A stretch of DNA of 64,000 nt from the IMG/VR virus record IMGVR_UViG_3300028888_000049; one strand, written 5' to 3'. Origin of the DNA: a virus (Duplodnaviria; Caudoviricetes). Both the position numbers and the translations under genes were made by a program. Positions 35,272 to 44,844 of this stretch are shown here, in pieces. Positions within the stretch are counted from its first letter, which is position 1. Every line of letters starts with the position of its first letter. The notes beneath the pieces are model-generated. The model ran no database searches, was not told the DNA's origin, and was given only the letters and a program-made list of their open reading frames with translations.

Positions 35272-36411
35272 ATGCATATTATAAATGATATTCAATTAGA
35301 TTATTGTGATGTATTAATTGCAGCTCAAACTACAACAGTTAATCATAGAGGAGATGTCAATATCAAAAGACATTTTAAAAATTTATTAGATTTCGATTGT
35401 TGTCCAATTATGAATGCTAATATGACTCAAACAGGTACATTTGAAGTTGCTGAAAAATTAATTGAAAATGGTATGATTGGTTGTATTCATAAATTTTATA
35501 CAGGTGAACAAATTAAAAAATTTTTAGATTCTGGTAAAGTTGGATCACTTGGTACAAACCGATTTTTTATTACTATTGGTTTACGTAATCAAGATGAAGA
35601 ATTGATGAAGTTAAAGTATTCAGGTTTAGATAAATATTTTTGGTCCATTATGATCGATGTACCGAATGCTTATATTCCTGCAGTTGAAGATTTAGTTAAA
35701 CGTGTACGTAATGAATTTCCTGATAAAATTATTGCTGTTGGTAATGTTTGTACTGGAGATAGAACACAAGAATTAATCAAAGCTGGTGCGACATTTATAA
35801 AGCTAAATGTGGGTCCATCAAAAGTTTGTCGCACAAGATTTGAAACTGGATGTGGTCGTCCTGCTCTTTCTACTGTTATTGAGTGTGCAAATGCAGCTCA
35901 TCAAGTTGGTGGATTAGTTATTGCTGATGGTGGATTTAATGAAGTTGGTGATTTCGCTAAAGCATTTGTAGCGGGAGCTGATGTTTGTATGTCTGGATGT
36001 TTCTTTGCTGGATGTGATGAAGCAGCAGGTAATATAATTAAAAAAGTTTATAAAACAAATGAAGTAGAAGTTATTACATGTAATAAAAATAATGAAAATG
36101 TTAATCCTTTAGATTACGATTATGATGTTTGTGATATAGTCGAAACAGCCCCAGTATATGAAATCAAGAAATTTAAAGAGTATTATGGCATGAGTTCTTT
36201 CAGAGCACAACAAGAGAATTATGGTCAAGTAACAAAAACTGGTACTTCAGAAGGTGTTGAAAGTAAATTAATTCCGTATACAGGACCTGTTATTGATACT
36301 ATAAATAAGATTAAAGGCGGATTAAGAAGTACTGGTAGTTATATTGGTGCTAAAAATATTAAACATTTTAGTCGTCAAGGTATATTTTATAGAACAAATA
36401 GGGTACAATAG
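35272..36411 (+). CDS. guaC: GMP reductase (IMPDH/GMPR family)
   Basis: LDYCDVLI, ANM, GNVCT, VGPSKVCRTR, IADGG, YYGMSS, SEG, GGLRSTGSYIGA. Confidence 0.88.
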   Translation: MHIINDIQLDYCDVLIAAQTTTVNHRGDVNIKRHFKNLLDFDCCPIMNANMTQTGTFEVAEKLIENGMIGCIHKFYTGEQIKKFLDSGKVGSLGTNRFFITIGLRNQDEELMKLKYSGLDKYFWSIMIDVPNAYIPAVEDLVKRVRNEFPDKIIAVGNVCTGDRTQELIKAGATFIKLNVGPSKVCRTRFETGCGRPALSTVIECANAAHQVGGLVIADGGFNEVGDFAKAFVAGADVCMSGCFFAGCDEAAGNIIKKVYKTNEVEVITCNKNNENVNPLDYDYDVCDIVETAPVYEIKKFKEYYGMSSFRAQQENYGQVTKTGTSEGVESKLIPYTGPVIDTINKIKGGLRSTGSYIGAKNIKHFSRQGIFYRTNRVQ

Positions 36412-36554
36412 TGAGGTCAGTATGTCTATAGAAAAATTAGAAATGATTTTAAGAACTATTTTTATGTGTGTTTGTATTATGTCTTTTGCATATTGTCAAG
36501 CAAAAGTTGAAAGTACAAAAAATAAAACTGTTATTGTAGAAGATTGTAAAAATA

Positions 36555-36941
36555 TTGAAAGGTAAAATAATGAATAAACAAGAACAAAATAGAACGATTC
36601 ATAGAGTTATTAGTGTATTTGGTGCTAAAAATCAAAAAATGCAAGCTATTGAAGAACTCATTGAGCTTCAAAAAGAAGTTTTTGAAAATGTACATCGTGA
36701 AACTAATAACAGACAGAATATTCTTGAAGAAGTAACTGATGTTGAAATTATGTTAGCACAGTTAAAAGAAATTTATGGTTTTGACGAGAAACAACTTGAA
36801 GATATGAAAGATTATAAATTATCTAGATTAAATCGTACTATTGATAAGTATTTAAGATCTCAACAAGAAGATCAAAATGTAGAATCTGATAATAATGAGA
36901 TTCATATCTTACGTAAAATTTCTAATGAAGGAAAAGAATAA
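36555..36941 (+). CDS. MazG-like nucleotide pyrophosphohydrolase
   Basis: IEELIELQ...ILEEVTDV acidic motif. Confidence 0.7.
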   Translation: MKGKIMNKQEQNRTIHRVISVFGAKNQKMQAIEELIELQKEVFENVHRETNNRQNILEEVTDVEIMLAQLKEIYGFDEKQLEDMKDYKLSRLNRTIDKYLRSQQEDQNVESDNNEIHILRKISNEGKE

Positions 36942-36944
36942 AAA

Positions 36945-37187
36945 ATGATAGAAGAACGGTGTGTGTTTTTAGAAAATGGATTTGTAGGTGATAATGAATG
37001 GATTTCTGTAGATAATAAAGAAAATCCTAAAATTACTGCTGTCAATTGGCTAAGAACACACCCAGAATTCTATTCACCAATTCGATTAGATGAATCTAGA
37101 ATTTTAGCTGTTGTAGTACGTACACCAAATGACAAAGAATATTTATATCAAATAGAAGTTACTGCTCAATTTAAAATTGTTGGTTAA
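36945..37187 (+). CDS. hypothetical protein
   Basis: 80-aa ORF. Confidence 0.6.
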   Translation: MIEERCVFLENGFVGDNEWISVDNKENPKITAVNWLRTHPEFYSPIRLDESRILAVVVRTPNDKEYLYQIEVTAQFKIVG

Positions 37188-37231
37188 ACAAGTTCTAATA
37201 GTTAAGTTAATACTACTATTAGGCAGAATTT

Positions 37232-37717
37232 ATGAGACTCTATACAGATGCTAGTACTAGAGGTAAAATTTCTGGAATAGCATATGTCGCAACGACAAGT
37301 AAAAATGTAGAACTTTATAAAGCTGGTGTTACGATAGATCAACCGGATAATAATACTGCTGAGCTTTTAGCTATTCTCTATGCTATAGATGATACACAAC
37401 CATTACTTCAAGAAAATGAACATACAACTATTTTAACTGATTCTACATATGCAATAAATGCAATTAGAACAGGTAAATGTAGAGAAAATGAAAAGCCTCT
37501 TGTTCATAAAATTCAAGATATGATGACTTATGGTAAGTATGCATTGTGGCATGTTAAAGGACATTGTCAAGACGGCACTGTCCTTTCTTATTTTAATAAA
37601 AGAGCTGATAAAATGTCTAAAGTAGTTAGAAGATTAGAAGAAAAGAGATTAGAAACAGAAAAGAAAAAGAAAAAATTCTTATCTGTATTAAAGAATCAAA
37701 CACAATTGGACCGTTAA
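37232..37717 (+). CDS. rnhA: ribonuclease HI
   Basis: LYTDAS, NNTAELLAI, TDS, HVKGH, N..AD motifs. Confidence 0.88.
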   Translation: MRLYTDASTRGKISGIAYVATTSKNVELYKAGVTIDQPDNNTAELLAILYAIDDTQPLLQENEHTTILTDSTYAINAIRTGKCRENEKPLVHKIQDMMTYGKYALWHVKGHCQDGTVLSYFNKRADKMSKVVRRLEEKRLETEKKKKKFLSVLKNQTQLDR

Positions 37718-37801
37718 TTTTTAGCTTTACATCTGAAATAATGATGTTATAATGAATAAGTTCTAAATAAGATAATGTTTCTCTATAGGGGATTGTGATC
37801 A

Positions 37802-38104
37802 ATGATAGATAAAAATATATTAACTAAAGAGATAATTCAAATAGTAGCTGAAATTGCTGGAATGAATAAGAATAATATAACTCTTGATAGCAATTTAAAA
37901 AATGATTTAGGACTTGATAGTCTTGATACGATAGATTTGATTATGGATTTAGAAAATAAATATAATATATCTATATATGATGATAATGCTATAGATCAAA
38001 CATTTACTGTAAAGGATGTTATTGATTTAATTATAATGGAATATGAGGAAACTGAAAATGTCGAAAAGAAAAGAAACAATAAAAATAAAAAGTCAAAAAC
38101 CTAG
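37802..38104 (+). CDS. acpP: acyl carrier protein
   Basis: DLGLDSLD phosphopantetheine-attachment motif; LENKYNISI...TVKDVI. Confidence 0.85.
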   Translation: MIDKNILTKEIIQIVAEIAGMNKNNITLDSNLKNDLGLDSLDTIDLIMDLENKYNISIYDDNAIDQTFTVKDVIDLIIMEYEETENVEKKRNNKNKKSKT

Positions 38105-38243
38105 AAATTTTGAATTAATAGAATTACAAATTAAAGGTTTAATGAGAACAAGAGTTATTAGAAATAAAAAGAAAGATGTTAAAAAATTTAATTGGAAAAA
38201 AGATTGTGCGGATTATTTAAATTTTATACTTTATAGAGCTTAA
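38043..38243 (+). CDS. small basic hypothetical protein
   Basis: Lys/Arg-rich; start probably at internal MSKRK. Confidence 0.45.
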   Translation: MRKLKMSKRKETIKIKSQKPRNFELIELQIKGLMRTRVIRNKKKDVKKFNWKKDCADYLNFILYRA

Positions 38244-38273
38244 ACAATCCGCATTTTTTGTTCTAATATTAGT

Positions 38274-38675
38274 GTGTATTTTAATTATTATAAGGGACTT
38301 AATAAAATGAATTACAGACATTTCACAGGTTTTAATGAAAATTCTAAATTTGAAAAACTATCAGGTGATATTCAAAGAGCTATAGAAACACAGACTAATA
38401 TAGACTTAGAAGCTAGAAAAATATCTCAGTATTTTAGAAAAACTTTTTCAGATGAAGATGTACAAGTAACATTTTTTAATAAAACTTGTGAAGAATATGC
38501 TAATAAAGATGAAAACGAATTAAAGAAATTAGTTATAAAAGAATCTAAAGCTTTGTATTTTCATCAATTAACAAAAGATAGATTTGAATATTATGACAAT
38601 TTAGCAAAATTAGAAGCTAAAAAATTAGATAATATGATTAAATATAGAGTAAACGATCATTTTAAGGAATATTAA
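38274..38675 (+). CDS. hypothetical protein
   Basis: GTTCTA motif at 38260-38265. Confidence 0.65.
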   Translation: MYFNYYKGLNKMNYRHFTGFNENSKFEKLSGDIQRAIETQTNIDLEARKISQYFRKTFSDEDVQVTFFNKTCEEYANKDENELKKLVIKESKALYFHQLTKDRFEYYDNLAKLEAKKLDNMIKYRVNDHFKEY

Positions 38676-38729
38676 TTGTGATTGACTTAACGAAATTACA
38701 AGAACTGTCAAAAAGAAGGAAATTAGCAG

Positions 38730-39335
38730 ATGAGAAAAATCTCAAATAAAGAATGTGAATCGTTGTTAAATACTTTATTATATCAATCACAAACTAATAA
38801 TTTAGCAGCATTTACAGATAAAATAGGAAAATATTCATTTTATAATACAATAACTAATGAACATATTTTCTATAAAACTTATGAGGAAGCTTTAAATAAA
38901 ATAATAAAACTAAAATGTTTTAAAGAATTACTGCAGAAAGACTTTTTATTACAATTAATAATATTATCTAAAAAATTAAAAATAGATCTTTTTTCAAGAT
39001 ATTTTTATTATGATGATTTATCAAAAGAATTAACAAATTTGCCAGTACAAATTTGGATTTGTAATCTTGGTAAAAAATATTTGCCTAGAATTTTTATTCA
39101 AAACAATTCGAATACATTGGAATATTTAAATAATATATTAGAAGTAAGTCTTTATCCAAAAATAGAAATAAATGATCGCTTTAATTTTGGAAATAAATTA
39201 GCAAAAGATACAGAAGCTACGCTCTTAAATTGGATTAATAATCATAAAAAGGATCTAATAAATGCAACAAAATCTGAAAAAGATTATGTACTATTCGTTA
39301 GATCATTAGAAAAGGAGAAAAATAATGGTAAATAA
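38730..39335 (+). CDS. hypothetical protein
   Basis: 201-aa ORF. Confidence 0.65.
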   Translation: MRKISNKECESLLNTLLYQSQTNNLAAFTDKIGKYSFYNTITNEHIFYKTYEEALNKIIKLKCFKELLQKDFLLQLIILSKKLKIDLFSRYFYYDDLSKELTNLPVQIWICNLGKKYLPRIFIQNNSNTLEYLNNILEVSLYPKIEINDRFNFGNKLAKDTEATLLNWINNHKKDLINATKSEKDYVLFVRSLEKEKNNGK

Positions 39336-39891
39336 GAAAGAGTTAGAAGCTCAAACTCTTGAAGAACAAACTATTAAATCTTTAAAGAAAATTGCATATA
39401 GATTTGCATGGAATTTTGATAGGTCTTTTGCAAAGTTATTATTACCTGTCTTAAAAGCATATGTTTATGATGCTTCTAAATCTATTGACTTATCTCATTT
39501 AACAATGCCTTCTTTTATTAAAAAAAGATATTATGATGCTTCATTATCTTCTAAACTTGATAAAAAGATTCATGATCATTATCTTAAAAAATCTCTACAT
39601 TATTTAAATAGTTGTATTGATGTATTGCAAGATATATTAGATGAAGATACAGAAACTTGGAAAGAAAAATGGAAATATAAGGAATACTTTCCTATAGAAT
39701 ATGAAAAAATTCCAGTAAAAGTAAACAATAAAACTGTGTTTAATATTAAAATTAAACCAGAATTTGAAAAGAATAGAAAAAAGAATACAAAAATTTTAAG
39801 TTATAATAATTTTCGCTTTACAAAATGTTTAAGATGGCGTAATAAATATTTATATTGGTTAGTTAAAAATCTTAAGCATTTGTGGTGGTAA
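39325..39891 (+). CDS. hypothetical protein
   Basis: 188-aa ORF ending in a LWW motif. Confidence 0.65.
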   Translation: MVNKKELEAQTLEEQTIKSLKKIAYRFAWNFDRSFAKLLLPVLKAYVYDASKSIDLSHLTMPSFIKKRYYDASLSSKLDKKIHDHYLKKSLHYLNSCIDVLQDILDEDTETWKEKWKYKEYFPIEYEKIPVKVNNKTVFNIKIKPEFEKNRKKNTKILSYNNFRFTKCLRWRNKYLYWLVKNLKHLWW

Positions 39892-40112
39892 AGATGAGAT
39901 TATATTGTATTGGAATAATTATCGCTGTTGTTGTTACTTGTGTTGGAACAGGAATTTTAGGTTCTAAGATAAGTGATGTTATTCAAGAGAATCGAGTTAT
40001 AGATCAATTACATGCTCAAGGCTATAAGTTAGTAAGAGCAAATAAAGCAGATCTTCCTTCTCTTGGATATTCAAAATGTGTTGAAGTAAATTATACTTAT
40101 TATTGCAAATAG
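39882..40112 (+). CDS. small membrane-anchored protein
   Basis: N-terminal hydrophobic helix. Confidence 0.55.
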   Translation: MVVKMRLYCIGIIIAVVVTCVGTGILGSKISDVIQENRVIDQLHAQGYKLVRANKADLPSLGYSKCVEVNYTYYCK

Positions 40113-40121
40113 GAGATTAGA

Positions 40122-40382
40122 ATGAAAAAATTATTTATTTTAGCTTGTTTTTTAATTACTGCATGTACTAGTGCTCCAGAAGTTAAACCAGTATATCAAG
40201 CACAAACAAGACCTGTATATAATACAAATTGTTGTACATCATCGCATACTGTTCGTAAGCCTGTGGAAATTATCTATGAAGATACTACTTATACTACAGT
40301 TTATGAACCAAAGACATATACCTCAACTAAAAGAGTTTCAATGCCTTATAACGATTGTACAATTAAATCTTTATGTCGTTAA
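40122..40382 (+). CDS. lipoprotein
   Basis: MKKLFILACFLITAC signal peptide/lipobox. Confidence 0.7.
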   Translation: MKKLFILACFLITACTSAPEVKPVYQAQTRPVYNTNCCTSSHTVRKPVEIIYEDTTYTTVYEPKTYTSTKRVSMPYNDCTIKSLCR

Positions 40383-40401
40383 GCTAAACGATGTAATAAA
40401 G

Positions 40402-40638
40402 TAAAGTATTTATTATGGCGGAAGTATAGACGCTAGATGGAGAGTAGAGAGAAGCTCGGGTGCCGGATTATTTGAGCTTCGAAGATGAACGATAAAACAG
40501 AGAATGCACGCGATGTGTGAACTCATCCATGGACTATTCAGCTAATAGTGTTTTGCATTCCAAAACAAAGACTACTCGTTCTATGGGGTGATTTTTAACC
40601 AATAATTTTAAATCTGGCCATAGATAATAAATACTTTA
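40402..40638 (+). ncRNA. candidate structured ncRNA with tRNA-like cloverleaf core and enlarged arms
   Basis: 14-bp closing stem, D-arm-like hairpin and several internal helices in a GC-enriched intergenic region (details in findings). Confidence 0.55.
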
Positions 40639-40674
40639 TATTTCAGTTCTAATAATGTTGAGAAGGGTGATACG

Positions 40675-41097
40675 TTGAAAAGAATTGATAAAGGCATGAA
40701 TGAAAAATACTACATCCATCTCGAACCACTTTCATCTGATAGTTATATGTATGGTGTATTATCAATAGTCGATAATACTCCTTTTGATTATAGTGTCAGT
40801 GAACTTGTTGGTAAACGAGAAGAAGTTTTAGATACAGTTGCTAAAAAGATAATAGCAACTAATAGTACATTATTAGATAGAAACATTTTTAATTTAAAAT
40901 TTTCAGAACTAACTGATACAAAATATATGATTCATCATATCCAAAAAGATGATTTCTATAAAGACTATAGAGTTAACATAACTCCAGCTGTATTTTTATC
41001 CGATATGAATAAAGTAAGTGCAATAAAAGTAATGGTTCAGAAAAATATCCTGAACCGAAGACTTTTTGAAAATTGGAAAAATAATCAGAAAGATTAA
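40675..41097 (+). CDS. hypothetical protein
   Basis: GTTCTA motif at 40646-40651. Confidence 0.6.
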   Translation: MKRIDKGMNEKYYIHLEPLSSDSYMYGVLSIVDNTPFDYSVSELVGKREEVLDTVAKKIIATNSTLLDRNIFNLKFSELTDTKYMIHHIQKDDFYKDYRVNITPAVFLSDMNKVSAIKVMVQKNILNRRLFENWKNNQKD

Positions 41098-41312
41098 TAT
41101 AAAGCGTTTGCTAACTTATTTAATCTATCAAGATCTGGTAATTCATCGTTTTTAACATAATATGCAACAATATAATCATTAACAGATTTAAGTACGCGCT
41201 CATTATAACGAGCTTTCTTAAGTTCTTCAGCTGCAGTTTCTTCTGCAGATTTTTCTTTAATATCTTCAATCTGTTCTTCTGTAATAGGTGTTGTTTCAAT
41301 ATTTTCAGTCAT
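41094..41312 (-). CDS. hypothetical protein
   Basis: 72 aa with RBS. Confidence 0.6.
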   Translation of the reverse strand: MTENIETTPITEEQIEDIKEKSAEETAAEELKKARYNERVLKSVNDYIVAYYVKNDELPDLDRLNKLANALY

Positions 41313-41325
41313 TTAATATTTTCCT

Positions 41326-41676
41326 CTACTTAAATTTAAATGCTAATGGATCAGAATCATAACGAATTCTATTCCATGTTATTATGTTTTTCACTTTATT
41401 TAAATCTGAAGTGCTTATCTTAAACCACTCTCCAACAGAATCACTTTTAAAAGATTTTAGATCTCTATGTACAAGTTTTTCTATTTTTAAAAGATGATTT
41501 CTTTCGCATTCAAATTCTTCAGTGAATAATAATGTAAGTTTATTTTGATTTCCTGTTTGAAGTTGTTTTAATCTTCTTTTAGGATTTTTAGATATACCTA
41601 CTTTAATATATCCCTTATCATTTGAGATAATATACATATATTGATAGTTTTTAATATCTTCATCTATAAACTTCAT
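41326..41676 (-). CDS. GIY-YIG/T5orf172-domain protein
   Basis: MYII...IKVGISKNPKRRLKQLQTGN...GEWF. Confidence 0.8.
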   Translation of the reverse strand: MKFIDEDIKNYQYMYIISNDKGYIKVGISKNPKRRLKQLQTGNQNKLTLLFTEEFECERNHLLKIEKLVHRDLKSFKSDSVGEWFKISTSDLNKVKNIITWNRIRYDSDPLAFKFK

Positions 41677-41723
41677 AGCAATAAGAACTATTTAGTTTAT
41701 AGACTTTTAGAAAAAAAATATGA

Positions 41724-42071
41724 TTATATGGAAACTTTTAAAAGAAATTTTAACTTATCTATATTTTTAATTGGAAGTGTAATATTTATTCTAAAGCCAG
41801 TATCGTTTGTTAAGCTTCCTCTACTAAATCCATATACGAAATTACGTGGATATTCTGTAATACTAATATCTTTTATAATACCATCTTCTATTAATTCATT
41901 AAGAAAATCCATATCATGAGATGTATATTGTTGTACACAACAACTTTCTAATATATAAGTAATATCTGAATTATTTTTTGTGGAAAAGTATTCAGAGATT
42001 ATATATTCTAGAATATTTTTAAAAAAGAACTTTTTTAATAAAATCTTTAACTCATCCAAATCAATCATCAT
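41724..42071 (-). CDS. small paralogue family member
   Basis: C-terminal IDKLKFLLKV motif. Confidence 0.6.
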   Translation of the reverse strand: MMIDLDELKILLKKFFFKNILEYIISEYFSTKNNSDITYILESCCVQQYTSHDMDFLNELIEDGIIKDISITEYPRNFVYGFSRGSLTNDTGFRINITLPIKNIDKLKFLLKVSI

Positions 42072-42472
42072 AAATCCTTAATTAAAGAATCAATATCAGT
42101 ATTTAATTTTCCGTATAATCTTAAGTAAAATATTATTAGATCTAAATTTGCATTATCTTGAAAAGATATATCAATATGTAGTATCTTTTTAGTTTTATCA
42201 ATCCAAGTATATTTTGTTTCAATTAGAATATGATCTTCAAAATATTCATATATCTTTTTTAATTTTTTAATTAAGATATGTTGAACAGCTGGTACTCCAG
42301 TCCAAATTTTAGCATTTCCATTAATAGAATCTATTTGACTTTTAAAAATTTCATCATATCTAAAAAAGCGTGAACTAGGTTTTCTAAGAGCAGAATCTAT
42401 ATCATCTTTTGTTCCTAGTATATTTATAATAAAGCTTCTTAAAATTAAAATCTTTTTATCAGAATTTGTCAT
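42068..42472 (-). CDS. small paralogue family member (weak)
   Basis: LDLIIFYLRLYG. Confidence 0.55.
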   Translation of the reverse strand: MTNSDKKILILRSFIINILGTKDDIDSALRKPSSRFFRYDEIFKSQIDSINGNAKIWTGVPAVQHILIKKLKKIYEYFEDHILIETKYTWIDKTKKILHIDISFQDNANLDLIIFYLRLYGKLNTDIDSLIKDL

Positions 42473-42588
42473 AAATCCTCCACAATTTTTATATATAATA
42501 TAACATTAAATATCCTTTTGTAAAACCAATTTTCGGCTTTATTTTTAAAGTTCTATATAATAAATTCAAATCTTGAAAGAGAGTTATA

Positions 42589-42789
42589 ATGAAAGTATTA
42601 AAACAATTTGTAGATAGTAATTCGATACATAATTATGTAATTTTTAAAATATCAGAATGTACAGAAAAAGCTTTAGAAGAAAAATGTAATCTTATATTAA
42701 AACAACAATCTTTAAATTGGAAACGATTAAGACTAGAATATTCAGAAAGTCTTAAAGTATTTACAATGATTTATTATTACGAAAAATAA
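42589..42789 (+). CDS. hypothetical protein
   Basis: GTTCTA motif at 42550-42555. Confidence 0.55.
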   Translation: MKVLKQFVDSNSIHNYVIFKISECTEKALEEKCNLILKQQSLNWKRLRLEYSESLKVFTMIYYYEK

Positions 42790-42837
42790 GGGACCTAATT
42801 AAAGATCCCTTATATTTTTATTAAATGATATTACGAA

Positions 42838-43272
42838 TTAGAAATCGTAACGAATAGCTGCGTTAACAACAATCATTCCATCTTTGCGTTGGAAAGCTTT
42901 TGTCTTTGAATAACGAATAGCAACCGGTTCACTTAATTCAACATCTTCATGTCCAGCAAAACCAGGAACTTTCATTTCACCAGCGATTTCTGCAATATCA
43001 GCATATGTCAAAGGATTTGCAGGTAATTCATCAGCATTATGATTGTTATAAGACAATGTTACATAATGAGATTCAGCAGCACCAGAAGCAGAACCAGATT
43101 CTTCAGAAACTACTTCATAAACAGATGCACAGATTACCATATAATTTTCTTTGTCTTCTACTTTTTTAATTTCGCCAGAAGCAATCAATTTACTCTTCAT
43201 CATCGTTGTATTCCTTATATTTAAAACTACGCCTTGTGGAAAATAATTAAAGTGGCGCGTTACTTTAATCAT
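42838..43272 (-). CDS. hypothetical, possibly structural (start probably at internal MMKSK)
   Basis: GTTCTA motif at 43278-43283; hairpin at 42788-42812 downstream. Confidence 0.6.
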   Translation of the reverse strand: MIKVTRHFNYFPQGVVLNIRNTTMMKSKLIASGEIKKVEDKENYMVICASVYEVVSEESGSASGAAESHYVTLSYNNHNADELPANPLTYADIAEIAGEMKVPGFAGHEDVELSEPVAIRYSKTKAFQRKDGMIVVNAAIRYDF

Positions 43273-43382
43273 AATTATAGAACATTAAAAAATTATATAA
43301 AATTGACATAATTAAATTACTGTTTTATTTGGTTAGTTCTACTATAATAACAGAATAGTTTTTTATTTAGGACGTATTAATC

Positions 43383-43985
43383 ATGTCAAGACTAAATACA
43401 TTTTGTGGACGCTTTGTTTGGTGTATTCCTGCTTTAATTGTTGCTATTGGTATATTTTATTTTATTAATTTATTTGATAGAATTTATTCCAGAGATTTAA
43501 ATAGACAGCTTGATGAGAAATATCAATTAGTAAATCTTATAGAAGCTCTTCATAGTAACGAAAGCATGGCTAAAATTGTAGAAATAATGGATGGATTTCA
43601 GGATACGTATATTTATGTATTAGAAGTTGAAGATAGTAAAGTAATCGAAGATTTTCATACAGTAAATTGTCCGTATCGTTTTTCAAAACACCCATTTGAA
43701 ATGGCTGAAATAAAAAACAAAATTAAGAAAAATAAGCGTGGATCTTTTGCAACTATTGTTAAAAATACTGGAAAAATATATTGGGAATACCGTTGGATCA
43801 ATATTTCAGATAAAAACTATCTTCTATTAATGGGAATTTCTAATTATCCCACGGATGTATTGGATAAAGAACTTCAAATTTCAATCGGAACACTTTTATT
43901 AATTACAGCTTTATTAAACTGGGTTCTTGTTGGATATGCTAAATACTTGAGAGCTGGTTGTTGTAAAATAAAAAGGAAAAAATAA
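43383..43985 (+). CDS. two-TM membrane protein with periplasmic domain, first gene of the lysis cluster
   Basis: TM helices near both termini. Confidence 0.65.
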   Translation: MSRLNTFCGRFVWCIPALIVAIGIFYFINLFDRIYSRDLNRQLDEKYQLVNLIEALHSNESMAKIVEIMDGFQDTYIYVLEVEDSKVIEDFHTVNCPYRFSKHPFEMAEIKNKIKKNKRGSFATIVKNTGKIYWEYRWINISDKNYLLLMGISNYPTDVLDKELQISIGTLLLITALLNWVLVGYAKYLRAGCCKIKRKK

Positions 43986-43986
43986 C

Positions 43987-44304
43987 GTGAATACTCCAGA
44001 AAGTCATGAGCCAGAATACCTTACAATGTTTATGTGTTTTATTTTGGCATTGTTGGGTGGAACTGCTAGAGAACTATCTAAACAGGAAGAATGCTTCAAC
44101 TGGAGGCGTTTCTTGTCAAATATCTTTGTCTCTGGTTTTTGCGGACTTTTAATTGGATTATTTGCAACCGATTTTGAACATAAAAACTGGTTAATGTTTC
44201 TTGCTGGTGTTAGTGGTACAGCTGGTGTAGCTTTCTTAGATTTCTGTTGGGAAGTTCTGAAATCTGTATTGACTAAAGTAGCTGAAAAAGTAGATACTAA
44301 ATAA
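43987..44304 (+). CDS. holin
   Basis: 105 aa, about 3 TMs; LALLGGTAREL...VSGFCGLLIG...AGVSGTAG. Confidence 0.75.
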   Translation: MNTPESHEPEYLTMFMCFILALLGGTARELSKQEECFNWRRFLSNIFVSGFCGLLIGLFATDFEHKNWLMFLAGVSGTAGVAFLDFCWEVLKSVLTKVAEKVDTK

Positions 44305-44317
44305 AAAGGATCATACT

Positions 44318-44626
44318 ATGAAAAAAGGATATTGGATTACTTTAAGTATATTTTTAATTCTCACAATCATATTTGGTTTTATGTGGTATATAAATGCCTC
44401 CGAGAAGAATAAAGCTCGTGAGGAGCTAAAAAATGCACAAATAACGATAGATAATCTTACAACTGATAAAGAAAAGTTAGTTACATATATTACAGAAAGA
44501 GATAATGAAATTAAAAGATTACAATCTGAATATAAAGAAAAATTAAAAAATATTCCTAAAGATACTTGTGGAGATCAGAAACCGTCTAAAGAACTTTTAG
44601 AATTTTTTAGGAAGAATGTACAATGA
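44318..44626 (+). CDS. inner-membrane spanin (Rz-like)
   Basis: N-terminal TM + coiled coil + C-terminal Cys; follows the holin. Confidence 0.65.
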   Translation: MKKGYWITLSIFLILTIIFGFMWYINASEKNKAREELKNAQITIDNLTTDKEKLVTYITERDNEIKRLQSEYKEKLKNIPKDTCGDQKPSKELLEFFRKNVQ

Positions 44627-44844
44627 AATATATACTTACTTTAATATTAGTTTTAATACTTTGTTCTTGTTCTGTTTGTAAAAATAACGTTATACAAACA
44701 AATCAATTCATCCAAACTAATTACGATTTTAATTGTCTTGATGATAATAAAACTCTTTCTGAAATAATTTTATGTTATCAAGAACAAGATAAAGCTGAAA
44801 AATTACAAAATAATATTACCAATAAGCTTTTAAAAACAAAATAG
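44623..44844 (+). CDS. outer-membrane spanin lipoprotein (Rz1-like)
   Basis: Lipobox LCSC; overlaps the i-spanin stop. Confidence 0.6.
   Translation: MKYILTLILVLILCSCSVCKNNVIQTNQFIQTNYDFNCLDDNKTLSEIILCYQEQDKAEKLQNNITNKLLKTK

Noticed and set aside
40402-40638. Canonical tRNA or tmRNA
   Set aside because: No standard anticodon arm, TTC loop, CCA end or Ala acceptor stem; kept only as a tRNA-like ncRNA candidate.
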